Source of the DNA: the human T2T-CHM13v2.0 reference genome, Homo sapiens
Length of the DNA stretch: 64,000 nt
Assembly (NCBI RefSeq): GCF_009914755.1
Contig: NC_060926.1
Reading direction: 5' to 3' (one strand)
Shown here: piece after piece, positions 42,762-55,060 of the stretch
Numbering within the stretch: position 1 is the first letter of the stretch
Layout of the letters: every line of letters starts with the position of its first letter
Position numbers and translations under genes: made by a program
Notes under the pieces: model-generated
What the model was told of the DNA's origin: nothing
The model's database searches: none
The model's input: only the letters and a program-made list of their open reading frames with translations

Positions 42762-43819
42762 TATTTCCCTTCCAGCTTAAGGTCAGGCCACGTGCAATCA
42801 AAACATGCCCTAAATAAAGCACCCCCCAAGGCCATTGTGGACAATTGATTTCTCACACATTTGGAGGATGATTGGCTTTGGATTCTAATTTAATACTTGT
42901 ACATGTTCCTGTTTGGGGGTGATGAGGAATAGGGTGCAGAGGAATGAAAGAGGAAGGCCCTAAAAGGCAGAGGATGAGGCTGGGGGAAATGGAAACAGAA
43001 AAAAGCCAGTCGGAGCTGAGGCAGCTGAAACATAACTGGGATTAAACTCATAAAACCAGTGAGAACTCACTTGAAAACACACCAAGATTTCTCCTGGAGA
43101 AGACACCACTGACTCAAGGGTGATCATTTTTAAGAACCTGGAGATGATGTGCTGCTATCGAGGCTATTAAAACATAACATCCATTCATTGACAGCCTTCT
43201 GGTCTTCTGCCAAATACTCCCTTGATTATAGCTCCTGTCCTGGTTTCTTTGAGATGCCCAGTCTTCTATAAGCCCATCTTAGCCTTTCAGTTATGTCATC
43301 TCATTTGGAGCTGTACTATTTGTACCCTTCCTCTCTCTCATGATGAGTTCCATGGAAAGGCCATTGGAGGAGCTGTCAGAACTGGGCTGATCCAGGCCAG
43401 GCTCACAGCCTGCTGATGACCTCCATGTGACCTCTACAGCCTGTGTCCTTCACATGCTGGCCTAAGGCCCCACCACAGTTTTAAGGTATACATCTGTTTA
43501 ATGGAGAGAGTCAAGTCATTCTGGAGATGACAGGAAATCAGAAGATGAAAAATACATTCTTTGCACTTTGGAGTAGGAGATGTTGAAAAGAAGAGTTTAG
43601 AGTCTTTCCATGGAGACAATAAATAATACCCAGGGGTTCACTGTAGTAGGCTTCAGGCCAGAAGTGCAGGAAGATCTTCTTAGCTCACATTCAAGCCCAA
43701 AAGCTGGAGCAGAGAGGAAGAGCAGAGGAAGGAGTTCCTCAGGGCCTGCATACCCAGAGGCATCTATCGTATTAACCCCTAGATCATTGATTACTTCAGA
43801 GTGCCAAGTCAGCCAGCTT

Positions 43820-44009
43820 TTAAGGTCCCTTGAAATAGAAACACACATACAACAAGGGTATGTATTGATCAGTTGCTGAAAACATTATGTCCCAGGGCTG
43901 CAGGAACCTAACCCTGTATTTCCCCTAGGGGCAATGGTTCAGTATTCACTAATTCCATATTCACGGTGTCCTTAGCATCATAACTCCTGCAAATGCTGAG
44001 ATGCAGCTG
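43820..44009 (-). mobile_element. TcMar-Tigger element end (MER82-like)
   Basis: gcaggaacctaaccctgtatttcccctaggggcaatggttcagtattcactaattc matches a recalled Tigger-class terminal sequence; the family name is less certain. Confidence 0.65.
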
Positions 44010-44974
44010 TGTTTGATGCTGATGCAGGAAGTAGGGAATAGCATGGGGGACTTTGTGTTTAAGTAACGAAAGAATAGAAGACAGGGTTGGACAGGTACAC
44101 TGAGTCCTGACCATAAAGGACTGTAAAGTCAACAGAAAACACAGGACTAAATAGGTCAGCTCATTCAGGAAGGTCTCTAACCACGCATTCAAGAAGGCAA
44201 AAGCTGCTCCCAGAACCCTGTGCAGGTTGCCTCTACCTAAGTACAGAAATGTGATCATTAATTAATAAGCACATTGGAAACCTAGGCAGACAGACCCACA
44301 GTTAAGGGGCCATGGAGACCCAGAGTGGGTGTCTCAAGGGGCTGCCTCTTTGCAGTCCAGTTTATGACTCTTCAGGGAAGGCTAAGCTACAGCCTTGTTA
44401 TTTTCCTTCTGGGACTAAAAGGAGAACTGTAGTTTCCTGCCCTATTAAGCCAGTGCCTTTCATGATCATTAAAATACCTTTAAATACTTCATTTCTCCCC
44501 CTTAAAGTTTTCCAGGCATAAGGAAAACTCTCCTTCCACATAACCTTGCTCCAAAATAACAAACACATGATGCCATTTGAATTTGGCTTCTCTCTTCTTC
44601 CCTTTTGGGTGTTCAGAAATAGCCACTTACAAACACATGAATGCATTTGCCTCGGTGGTAAATTTGTCTTATGTGTCGATTTCAGCAGGCTACTCTCTGC
44701 AGATGTACACATGTGTGCTGATTTCCTGCCCTCCAAAATTATTTTTCTGGTTGTGGACATATGGTGAGCAATAGTTGGAATAGTTATTCAGGGTGCAGGC
44801 TCCCCTCTGGGATCTGTGGGATAAATCTTGCTCCTTCTGTCAAGTCAAAATCACCAAGAATGTGTTGAGCACTGGAATGGGCAAAATATTTTAATCATGT
44901 ATGCATGCTTAGTGCCATACTCATAATAAAATCATTACAGTCCTCTGTGGTATGTTAATGGTCAGATGGATAAT

Positions 44975-45135
44975 AATCAATGAAGCAGCTCACCATTTTT
45001 AAGAGCTTAACTATGATCCAGGTACTGTTCTATGTAACTTGCAGGTATTAAATAATTTAATTCTTATAACAGTCCTTGAAAATAATTGTTGTTATTATTA
45101 TCACCATTTTATACATAATGTAACCAGGGCAGAGA
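44975..45135 (-). mobile_element. MIR SINE
   Basis: agagcttaactatgatccaggtactgttcta...ttattatcaccattttatacata. Confidence 0.65.
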
Positions 45136-47174
45136 GTTTGTCTAGGGAAGTAGCTTGTATAAATCTGAAATTTGAAGGATGGATAGAATTCTGATTTGGA
45201 TAATTTACTGACATATTAATTTGAGTTTGAGTTTCATTCCTTGTATACTCTCCTCCTTTTTGCTGGAAATCCTATGTATCCTAAGAAAGGGGCCAAGCTC
45301 TTGGTGCTTTCTTGGCCCTAGAAGGTTTGTATAGCGGAGTGGAAGCTGACAATTCATAAATGCCCCCCTTTCCTGCTTTCCATGAAAGCCTAAATTCACT
45401 AAACAAGTTGTGGCGAAACCCTAGGGGCACAGGGAGAAATGAGTAGCTTGGAGGGAGCCAGAGAGAGGAAAAGAAGCCTCCAAGACTGGGACAAGGAGGA
45501 GATGAGCAGAGACTGGGAGGGCAGAGACCCATGCTTCCCTCCCCAGCAGTGCAAGAACTCAGAAGAAAACAGAGCTGTCCTTCCTGTGGTGTTCTCAGGA
45601 AGGTTTGGCCCTGGGGCAGTGTGGCCTCAGGTCAATATTTCACATGCTCAGCAAAGCCTGAGAGTGAGAGAGTTATCCTTCTTCAAGGAGGACATGGGGT
45701 TGGAGAGAGAGGAGATCTGAAGCACCACATTGGACCGAAAGCCAGAGGCCCTGTTTCCATTTTTCAGCCACAGGGAGGCTAGCAACTTCCAGAAAGGAGG
45801 ATAAAGATGTAATAATCACTGACATTGAATTCACTGTCATTCTGGGGAGACAGGGGATTGCAGTCAGAACCTGTTTGATTTAAAGAAAGTTTTGCAGACC
45901 TGAGCTTGTGGTGTGAGAGTCTTCTTCCCATTACAAAATGTGTAGAGAAGGTTTCAGATAGGAGGAAGGAGAAACATGAGTGACTGAAAGAACAGTCAAG
46001 GCTGGAGAGGCAAATGGAAGTAGAGAACGTCCAGGCAGGTGCAAGATCAGGGTCCATGAGGACAGAAGGCACAAGATTTGAGCAGAGCCCAAGAGCAGCT
46101 GGACTGGAATGGGAAGTGGCGGCCTGCTGGGAGATAAGGCTGTGTCTCCAGGCTCAGCCAGCCTTGAACACGAGGCCAGGGGGGTCTGGGCTTACCTGCT
46201 GGCTGTGTCCATTCTGTTTCCTCTCTTACAAAACCGCTTCCCTTTGTACCTACCCAATCCCTCCTCAGCACCCTCCTCCTTACCCCCAAGAAGCCTCTCA
46301 CGGTTATTCAAGGCTTAATCCAATCACCACCTCCTATGCAAAGTTTGCCCTGACCCATTTGAGAAACCTGTCCCCTCCTCCCCCTGTGCTCATGCAACCA
46401 TCTGCTGGAGGGTGATCTAGTATGTTTTCATATTGCCCTCTTCTGCTGTAAACTTCTTGATGGCAGGAACCATATCTTTTTCACATTTGTGTCCTCCTGG
46501 TACCTGGTACCAGGGTGCTAATACTCTTTGGGTGATGGTTGCACAGCTGGGGTAGGACAGGGTTGGCCTGTCAACCCTGGTTGGGAAATGTCAGGATATT
46601 TTGTGAGCATCTCATGTCCCTTGTCCTCACCCTGCCCACTCTGCCCATGGTGCACCCGAGCCCAGCATGCTGGTCACTCCTCTGGGCTAATGCTGGAAGT
46701 GCTGCTGGAAGGCCAGAACCCAACCTGGCTTGGGAAATAACGCAATCATCCATTGTCTCTGGCATCATAACATAGAGCAGGACCCAGAGGGAACGAGATA
46801 GAGGAGGTGTAAGTTCTAACATAGAAGGGAGGAAAAAACAACCGAACTTTAAGATATAGAACTCGGAGTATGAGGGCAGCTGATCACCACACTGGACCCT
46901 TCAGAGCTCAGAGTGTCAGAAGAGAAAGAGGCCACATAGCAAACAAAACAAATGAAAGGAAAGGACAACAGACATTCCCTTGAATTCACTCTTCCCATTG
47001 ACAGACTCATAGGGGATGAGGGCAAGAAGATAATTCCTAGATGCAGAACATCTTCTCCTCAAGTCAGAGGATCGGGGGAGCAGGAGAACATGGCCCAGGG
47101 TCATTCAAGGAGATCCAGTCCTTCAGATAACTCCAAAGAGGAAATCAGCCCTGAAGCAGTCCACTTAGATCTGG

Positions 47175-47360
47175 AAACAACACAAGACTATGATTCAGGG
47201 GAATTGGGCTTCTATTTTGACTCAGCCACTAATTAGCTGTGTGACCTTGGGCAACTCGCTCTACCTCTCTGGGCCTCCATTTCCTCATTTATAAAATGAG
47301 TGGTTTGAACTAGAGGAAGATGATTACTATGGCCCTTTTTAGCCCTAAGGCTCTAGGACA
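47175..47360 (+). mobile_element. MIRc/MIR3-like SINE
   Basis: gccactaattagctgtgtgaccttgggcaactc...ctctctgggcctccatttcctcatttataaaatgag...gaactaga. Confidence 0.82.
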
Positions 47361-48719
47361 TTATTTATTCCCCATCACAGCTGTGATGTGACAGCTTTCT
47401 GAGGCTTTCCTTCCTCATTTGGTCCAACATCTAGATGGAGAGGAAAAACTCACACATTATAATCCAGATGTATTTTGGGAAATGGTATAAGCAAAGCATC
47501 CAAGACACTTATCAAGAAAATCTGAATATCAACCATCAAGCCCTAGGCCAAGGGGAGCTGGGAATATTTCAGGGCACATTAACCACTGTTGTGGTAAGTA
47601 ATTATGCACATTGACTTTGAGTCTGTTTCAACCGTCACATCTCAGAGTGTAATTCCTGCACTGTTTCCAGGGAGGGAGGGATCCGTGCAAGTGCTAACGA
47701 GTGTTCCAGAGTCTGAACTGTGGACTGGTAATAGCTGGCATTTCAAAAATGTAGGCTTTTGTTTCTTGAAAAACAGCTAAAAGCATTCAACTCCCCCATC
47801 TCTGATCCTTCTCTGAAAAAGAAAACAATAAATATGATTTCAATCCATTGTGTTAAATATCAGGATGCACACACAGAGTCTCTGGGATCCAGCATTGAGT
47901 AAAAACCCATCTGCGAGGCCAACAACTTACAACAGGCAGAAAGAAGAGCATTAACACTTTCAGGTCACTCGAGAAGTGAGAGCCCAATGGTCACTTACTC
48001 TAAACACGTAAAGTGAAAGAAGATCTGATGCATAGGTGTGATGTTATTTGAAAATAGAAACCAGTGAAACATACTGGAAGAATTTGACAGATTTAAATGT
48101 GTTTTCTCCTAAAATAATTTATCTCTGCAGAGATACCCTTCATTGAAACTGCTGGCCCAACTGATCTAAATCCTTACTGTTTGCCATTTCCTCAAAACCT
48201 ATCCATGTCCCAATTAAAATCTCTGCGGCAAACGCAATGAGATATGTCTGAGCAATTTTCATAAAAGAGTAAAAGAAGGAAATCACACAGAATTTTTTCA
48301 ATGTACTAGATGGCATGAAGGGAAAGAGTGATATGGTTGTAGGGGCTATTGGAGAATGGGTGCTTTTAGGTTTTTCTTCTTATTAAAACTTGGCTTTATT
48401 GGATTGGACAGTATATCCAAGCAATCAATCATACTATTTACCTGCAACCTACTAAGGAAAATAGTTAATAATACAGCTTTGTGGAGGTAGAGTTTGGACA
48501 TATAGTATAAGGCCTTGCCACTCAAAGTGGGTCTCTGTACCAGAGCATCTCAGCATCACCAGGGAGCATGTCAGAAATGCAGACTGGCAGGTCCCTGGAT
48601 CTCTCCGCAACAATTGCAAACATGTTATTCCTTTTCTGCGTTTGATCCTTCAGGTACCTGGAGATGCCTCTCAAGATTGCTCTTAGACTGGACATCCTTT
48701 ACAAAGACATGGTTGTCAG

Positions 48720-48945
48720 CTCCAGGCCAAGACCACCAAAGAGAAATCCTTTGGTTGGCTGTGTGACCTTAGGTACATCACTGAACCTCAGCTTATGTGT
48801 CAGTTTTCTTATTTCTAAAATGGGAGGAGGAACAGGGCCTATCTGAGATGGATTTGTGAAGATCAAATACAGTAATCCATATGATACCCCTAGTCAGCAT
48901 TTGACACATAGTAAATGCTCAGTGAAGGCCAGCTGTTATTATTCC
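48720..48945 (+). mobile_element. MIR SINE
   Basis: ggctgtgtgaccttaggtacatcactgaacctc...gtgaagatcaaat...gacacatagtaaatgctcagt. Confidence 0.75.
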
Positions 48946-49264
48946 CAACTCAAATGTTCTTTGTTCACAGAAGGAATCAGGAAAAGGGTAGTGGTTAACT
49001 TGTCTCTTTAAGAGGGTGGACAGAACTCAAATCAGTCAAGAGGGGATTCTGGAGGACAGCAGACCTGAAAGCACCAAGTCTCCAAGTTAGAAAAGTTGGA
49101 AATGGGACACAGTAAAGGGGCCAGTTAGACTAGAACAAGAGTTTTGTAGGCCAGTGAGAGACAAAGCTGGAAAATAAGTAAAGGATAGGTGATGTTTTCC
49201 AAAAGCAGGACTCCGAGGAGGGAGGATTGGGAGCTGGACAGTATGAGACCAACAGAGGTACCTC

Positions 49265-49380
49265 TTTTTTTTTTTTGAGACGGAATCTCACTCTGTTGCC
49301 TAGGCTGGAGTGCAGTGATGTGATCTCAACTCACTTCAACCTCCGCCTCCAAGGTTCAAGCGATTCTCCTGCCTCAGCCT
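49265..49380 (-). mobile_element. 5'-truncated Alu (partial right arm) with TSD
   Basis: T12 then gagacggaatctcactctgttgcc...ctcctgcctcagcct; TSD agaggtacct(c/t)tt at 49254-49266 and 49381-49393. Confidence 0.93.
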
Positions 49381-49492
49381 AGAGGTACCTTTTAAGTTTA
49401 AGGTAAGGTACCACTTTAAGGTAACCACTAAGGAGTGGTTGGAGGAAGGCACAGGGGTCTAATGTCAGAAGGTGCATATTGTGCACTCTGTA

Positions 49493-49572
49493 TTAGGTAG
49501 AACCATGTGATGTTGCTGATATTATGTTGTTTTTGACCCAGAGGAACAGCAATTTCATTTGGTTTAACATAA
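49493..49572. mobile_element. MADE2 mariner-derived MITE (80 bp)
   Basis: Inverted arms ttaggtagaaccatgtgatgttgct / agcaatttcatttggtttaacataa; TA on the left flank; internal gtttttgacc. Confidence 0.82.
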
Positions 49573-50039
49573 TGTAAGCCCCTTCCTTACTTTTGTTGGG
49601 AGGGTAAGGGGGAAAAAAATCTACCTTTTGCATCCGTCCAGCACTCAGAATTGCTCAGAGGTTGAACAAGCCTATAGAAAAGAGATCTGGAAACTGTGGC
49701 AAGATGTGTTGAGTAAACAAATGCCCTTGTTAATTTCTGGATGTCCCAGGACCCTGGCATCACTGTGGTCAGAAGCAGCTGTGTCCCACAGTTCTGCCTT
49801 CTGGAAGCATCCACAGTTTACTGCTGATGTAGGCAATCCAGAACCTTCTTGCCCTCTGCCCAATTCCAACACTTGCCTGGGCTTTAAATGTTAGTTTTGC
49901 ATAGAGCATTTGCAATCATTTGGGTGAAAACTAAATTAAAAACAAAACAAAACAAAACCCCCAGCTCTTTTGACAGCCTGAAAGGACAGTTTAGGAAAAG
50001 GCGAGAGGGAAGCAATTTATTAAAAAGAAAAAAGAAATG

Positions 50040-50320
50040 CTAACAAGATATTTCAAAATAATGGCAGCTGCATGCACTTACAGTATGTGAGGGCCTCGTT
50101 TGAGCCCATTTTGGTAACGATGTGAAACTGCTGCGTTCTCTTTCCCAGGCATATGTTTAAAGTGCCCTGCAAATGATTTCATGTTGGATCGGGCTTCATT
50201 ACTCACAGTTCATATTCGGTCTAAATTACAGTAAATGTTATTTCAAGGTTTACAAGTTAATTATTATAGTATAGTATTTACTCCATTATATAGTAATTAC
50301 TGCAGTATCTAATGCCTAAA
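50040..50320. promoter_or_regulatory. Candidate conserved non-coding element
   Basis: Repeat-free AT-rich block with about five retained CpGs, E-box cagctg and clustered TAAT motifs; inference only. Confidence 0.35.
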
Positions 50321-52295
50321 GGGTTTTCCCCCTTATATGAAGGACGGAGAATATTTTAGAGTGTTTTCAAGCAGAACAGGGCTCACTGGGGTGTGTATAT
50401 GTGTATGCGGAGTTGGGGAGCTAGGAAGATTGTACCCAGAGATTTGGATGCAAGTGCTCATATCTTTAGGATGCAGGGCTACAGGGATCACTAGTAGCCA
50501 AGCTTGCTTTAGCCCATCCAGGAAGTGGTGTGCTCTGTTATTAGGGGCTAAGGGGATGGTGCTGACTCTCATAGATATGCAAGATCCCAGCCTCACCTCC
50601 TGCATGGCATAACTGTACAGCACAGAGCAAAAAACCCCTTTGACTTACAGATGAACAGGCAATGGTTGGGTCTGCTCATCTCTGAGAGGCAGCTGCCTGA
50701 GAGACCTCAGTGGCAATTAGGCTCCCCCTTTTCTTTTGGCTTGTTGTAAGAATTTCAAGGATCTCCTTACAAACACCCTGCCTGCAAATGCAAATGCCCT
50801 GCCCTCTTGCCTGCTGCAGAAGGGTCAGCTATGAGACACCAGATAGCCCCCAGCTCTGGGCTACATTTACACCTCTTTGCTCCATTCCAGCCTAGATTCT
50901 TTGTTCTGGCTGCCAAACCCAAAATGGATTCCATAAGCATCCTGCTTCCCAAATGTTGGTCCAAATGGCAGGGAACCCTAGGGGCCTGACAGGCAGTTGA
51001 GCTGAATGACAGGCTTGGGATGAAACTTCACACTTTTGTCCTCTGACTGCAGCAGAGCCTGGGCTCATCAGCCAAGCCTGGGCTCCTGCAATGTCCTCTC
51101 CTCCACTGTAGCCCGACCACTAGTACCTTGATAAGTGCTGAGCAGATTGAAAAAGAGAATTTGGCAATTGCAGAAACCTCATTGTCCCCAGACCTTGGCT
51201 CCTCTTCAGGAGGAGAAAAAACAGTGGACTGGTCAGTCCACCTGCCTTGAGTGAGCACCTACTGTGCATTAGCCCTGAGGTTGGCACGGTTGGAAGAAGG
51301 AAAGCTTCCAGTGCACACTTCCTCCTACTACAATTTTGCTGCTCAGCCTTTTCACTTTCAGAACAGGCAGAGGCAAAAGAGATGAAAGGGGAGAATTTGC
51401 TGGTGTGTTTTCTCCAGAAGTGCTCTTGAGACACATGCTTGTTGGCAGGTGGGGGGCAGGAACCTAAAGCCGGAGGATTGAAGTGAAAATGATTTTGGAG
51501 CCATCTCCTAGAGCTCACAGATGGGTTTCTAGTTTTAGAAAGATCCCTCCTGCAGTAGAGCAGGACCTGCCCTCCTTGGACTGGCTTCATTAGATGGGCC
51601 CCAACAGTTGTCTAAATGACAGCTGTTTGGCCGATGAAAATTGAAGGATGACTTATCCATCAAGCTTGTTCCCTCCTTGCCCTGGTCCTTAATCACTGCA
51701 GCAGCTGCAGCTCCTCACCTCATTCAGGTATGCCTCTCTCTCTACTTCTCATGCTTCCAGTCTAGTAATCTGTTTAAAATGTGCATCGGATCACAGATAG
51801 CTGCCCTGCTTGAATCGTGCCAAGGGTTCCCATGACCTCACGGCATAGATCCCACTTCCTTGAAAGGCCTTCAGTGCCTCAGGTGGCCTGGGCTCTGCCA
51901 CGCCTCCTTCCTTTCCTCCGCCATTTTCTTTCATGTGTTTTTTGTTTGTTTGTTTGTTTGTTTTAAAGGTGCAGCCACTCTTGCCTTCCTTCCATCGCTT
52001 GACCCTACACCGTGCCGTTTCCCACCTCTGGGAGTTTATTTGTGCTATTCTTGCCACCTTCTCTGCCTCACACCTCCCTGATCTCTCTTTGGGGCTCTCT
52101 GACCTGTCCTTCAGATCCCAGCTCAGGGACCTCCCCTTGCATCTGGACCAGGGCAGTTCGCTGTGGTTCCTCCTCCAGGGACTTCCATAAATCTTCGTTA
52201 TTAACCCTTATCATTCTCTATTGTGTTCAGCTGCTAAATATGGTTCTGCTTGGCTAGACCACAAGCTCTGTGAGGGCAGCAGTCCTTCTCACTCC

Positions 52296-52360
52296 TAGCA
52301 ACTAGTAAAGTGATTGGCATCTAGTAAAGTAATCTTTAGCAGCTAGTAAAGTGATTGGCA
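52296..52360. repeat. Local duplication in an L2 tail
   Basis: tagcaactagtaaagtgattggca (52296-52319), partial ctagtaaagtaat (52321-52333), tagcagctagtaaagtgattggca (52337-52360). Confidence 0.85.
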
Positions 52361-53809
52361 ATGGTAATACATATTAATTGGAAGACAATATTCTTGAATG
52401 AATTCCAAGGATCCTTAGTAGAAAAAGTAGGCAGTTTAATGTATCAACTAGGGGGAGAAACTCGGATAGTAGTAATAACTAATAGAACTAATAGGTATAA
52501 GCACTTACTATGTGACCAGCACTGTACCTTTACTTATGTTTCACTACATCCAATAGGAGATAAGTGCTCTTTTTGTACCTCTTTTACAGAAGGACAAACT
52601 GAGGTGCAGGGAGGGGCAGAATACAGTCCCAGGCAGTTGGATCCAACTTTACCCCACACTTAACCACTTGGCAAGGCTGACTCTTGCCGAGCCAGCTGCA
52701 AATGAGGAGAGTAGGCATTAGGCACACTTGGTCCTTTTCTGCTTCCACCTCCGTCTTCCACTGTCGCTCTGCAAACAAGCCCTTGTTTAATGAACATATA
52801 TTTAATGTGAGAAGAGAATAAAGCCTATCAGCTCCATGATTGCTTCATACACACTCTTTTTCACTATCTGTCACATCTTTACGATGTAGTCAAAGCATTC
52901 TTGGCAGCACAGACTATTTAAAAAAAAAAAGCAGTAGCAAGTTGGGCAGAATAAATGGTTATCAGAGGAGGGCTCACCATATTGGTCCCCACCAGTCCTG
53001 GGAGTGCTGGACTCAAGCCTGGGACCTCTGAGAAGAGGCATCTCCTCCTTTTCTCCTTGCAGGTGTCTCCTCACTATTCCCTGCCTCTCCCCCTTCCCTC
53101 CCCAAACAGTGCGTGTTCACAGGAGACACACACATAGCCACACTCGACTTGGTGTGGCCTGGAGAGCCAGGGGAGGCATGTAGCAGCCCATCTCACAAGA
53201 CTCACTAGGATGGTATTAGAAAGCAAAATCCGCAGCAGAGTTTTGGAATGCAACTGTGCCCAGCCACCAGATCTGAGAGAAGGGACAGAGATTTGAGATA
53301 AGAAGGGTGGAGAGGGCCCTCCCTGGCTCCGGAGGCCTCCGTTCCTTCCCTGTTTCTGATGTTACCACCTTGCATTGCCATTTCCTTCCCCACCATGCAG
53401 GCCTCAACTAGTGCCATTTCTTCATCCCACTCTTCATTCTGTGCCAGGGACCATCTTAGCAAGCTCTGAAAGGTTCTTCTCCAATGTGACTTTATTCTGT
53501 AGAGTCTTCACTCAAACATGTTAAATTTAAATAAATATTTGTTGTTCTAAGGCACTTCACTGACCTGTCCATCAATCTAGGTTTCTTTCCTTGTCTCATA
53601 TTCTTTTAACTGTGTGGCAATGAATAATCATTTCTACTGTTGAATGTAACTATTTACATGGGCATCTGGGGTTAGCCAAGACATTGCCTATCTTAAAAGA
53701 AAGCACAGGACGTCCTTCTTCCTCCATATCTGTTTTTTTTTATTGGCTCTACTTTCAGTCCGTAATATCCTTGAGTGGCCCTGACCTTGGAAGACCAAGG
53801 GAAAGAGAT

Positions 53810-54040
53810 TACACTTTGGAGTCACGATCCCCCTAGGTGTGAATACTGACCCCATCTTTCTTAGCTATGTGACCTTGGGCATGTCCCATAATCTCTTTAG
53901 TGTTCAATTCACCAAATTAAGGGACTAAGGTTCTAATTCCATACTTCACAGAGCTGGCATAAGATAGTATATGCAACGTGCTTTCCATTATATTTGGTAC
54001 AGAATAAGCACTCAGATAATAGTCATTATTATTATTTATG
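53810..54040 (+). mobile_element. MIR SINE
   Basis: actttggagtca...cttagctatgtgaccttgggcatgtc...tggtacagaataagcactcagataatagtcattattatt. Confidence 0.75.
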
Positions 54041-54539
54041 GTGCCATGAAGCAAGGTCATATAACCAGGCACTATTCTGTTGTCCAAAGCCTGCCAGTTA
54101 GCTAGCTATTCTTGATGTCCTTTTAACATATAGAGGTTGAGCTGATATAGAATTGTATAGAAATGTATTTTCTCATATCACTGGAGTCAAAGACCATCAG
54201 GGTTGGGCTTTACAGGATAATTCAGAGAGAGAAAAAAAAAATCAGAGTGTGTATTTCCCCACACCGCAATGAAATCCATGGAGTTTCAACTCTTTCCTCC
54301 AGGCTTAATTAGGCTACATCAAAGGGGTTCTTCCAGCCACTCGGCAGTGGAGATAAATTCCATTAGTGACCCTGCTAAAACAGATGTTCTTGGGAACACT
54401 TCCTCCTGACATAACCCCTTGTCCTGGATCCGACATGTATTCCTGAGAGACACTGTATCCTCCGGAAGCCACAGCATCTCCCTAGCTGATGGGAGAGCTC
54501 CGACCCATGGCCACAGGCACGCCGTTGAACTAGGCTTTT

Positions 54540-55060
54540 ATTTTTACAAGTTATTTTATTATCTATTTAGCCTTTCCCAATTTAATTGAAAAAAAAGATA
54601 AATAATACGAATGCCTGTGGCAAGTATTTTTATTTTTAAAAAAGAAGAATTCTGTATAACACAAGAAAAGCAGGAGGAAATATTGGCATGTGTTGTTCTT
54701 ATCATCCAGCTCAACTTCTTTTGTTCGAGTGCATGGATGGGACACGGAACACTTTTCTGTTTTGTGGGTGGTAGACTTTTTTCCCCTCTTTGCCAGTGCC
54801 CATATTATCGCCGAGTCCTTAGATTCATTAGCCTAATTAATATTAAGAACATATGCATATGCAAATAAGATCCTCTTTGCCATATATTTCACTTTGTAAG
54901 ACAGGCTGAAGGGTGGTTGAGTGAGTCAATCAAATGTCATAAATTGGCTATGCATAAGACCTCATTAATATTAATTGGGGCGTGGGCATTGTGCAGTAGC
55001 CCATGATGCCATTAGAGATGGGCCTCTTGCTTTAATTGTTCTAAAGGTTTTGAAAACCAA
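54540..55060. promoter_or_regulatory. Candidate POU/homeodomain-bound enhancer
   Basis: ATGCATATGCAA (54853-54864) overlapping octamer ATGCAAAT (54859-54866); two ttaatattaa palindromes; composite tgagtcaatcaaatgtcataaa. Confidence 0.45.

Noticed and set aside
46390-46412. CTCF-like motif ccagcagatggttg on the minus strand
   Set aside because: Only a partial match; the 3' GC positions of the core are missing.
53040-53065. Strong acceptor-like tract tctcctccttttctccttgcag|g
   Set aside because: No paired donor or recognisable exon; a lncRNA exon cannot be supported without RNA data.
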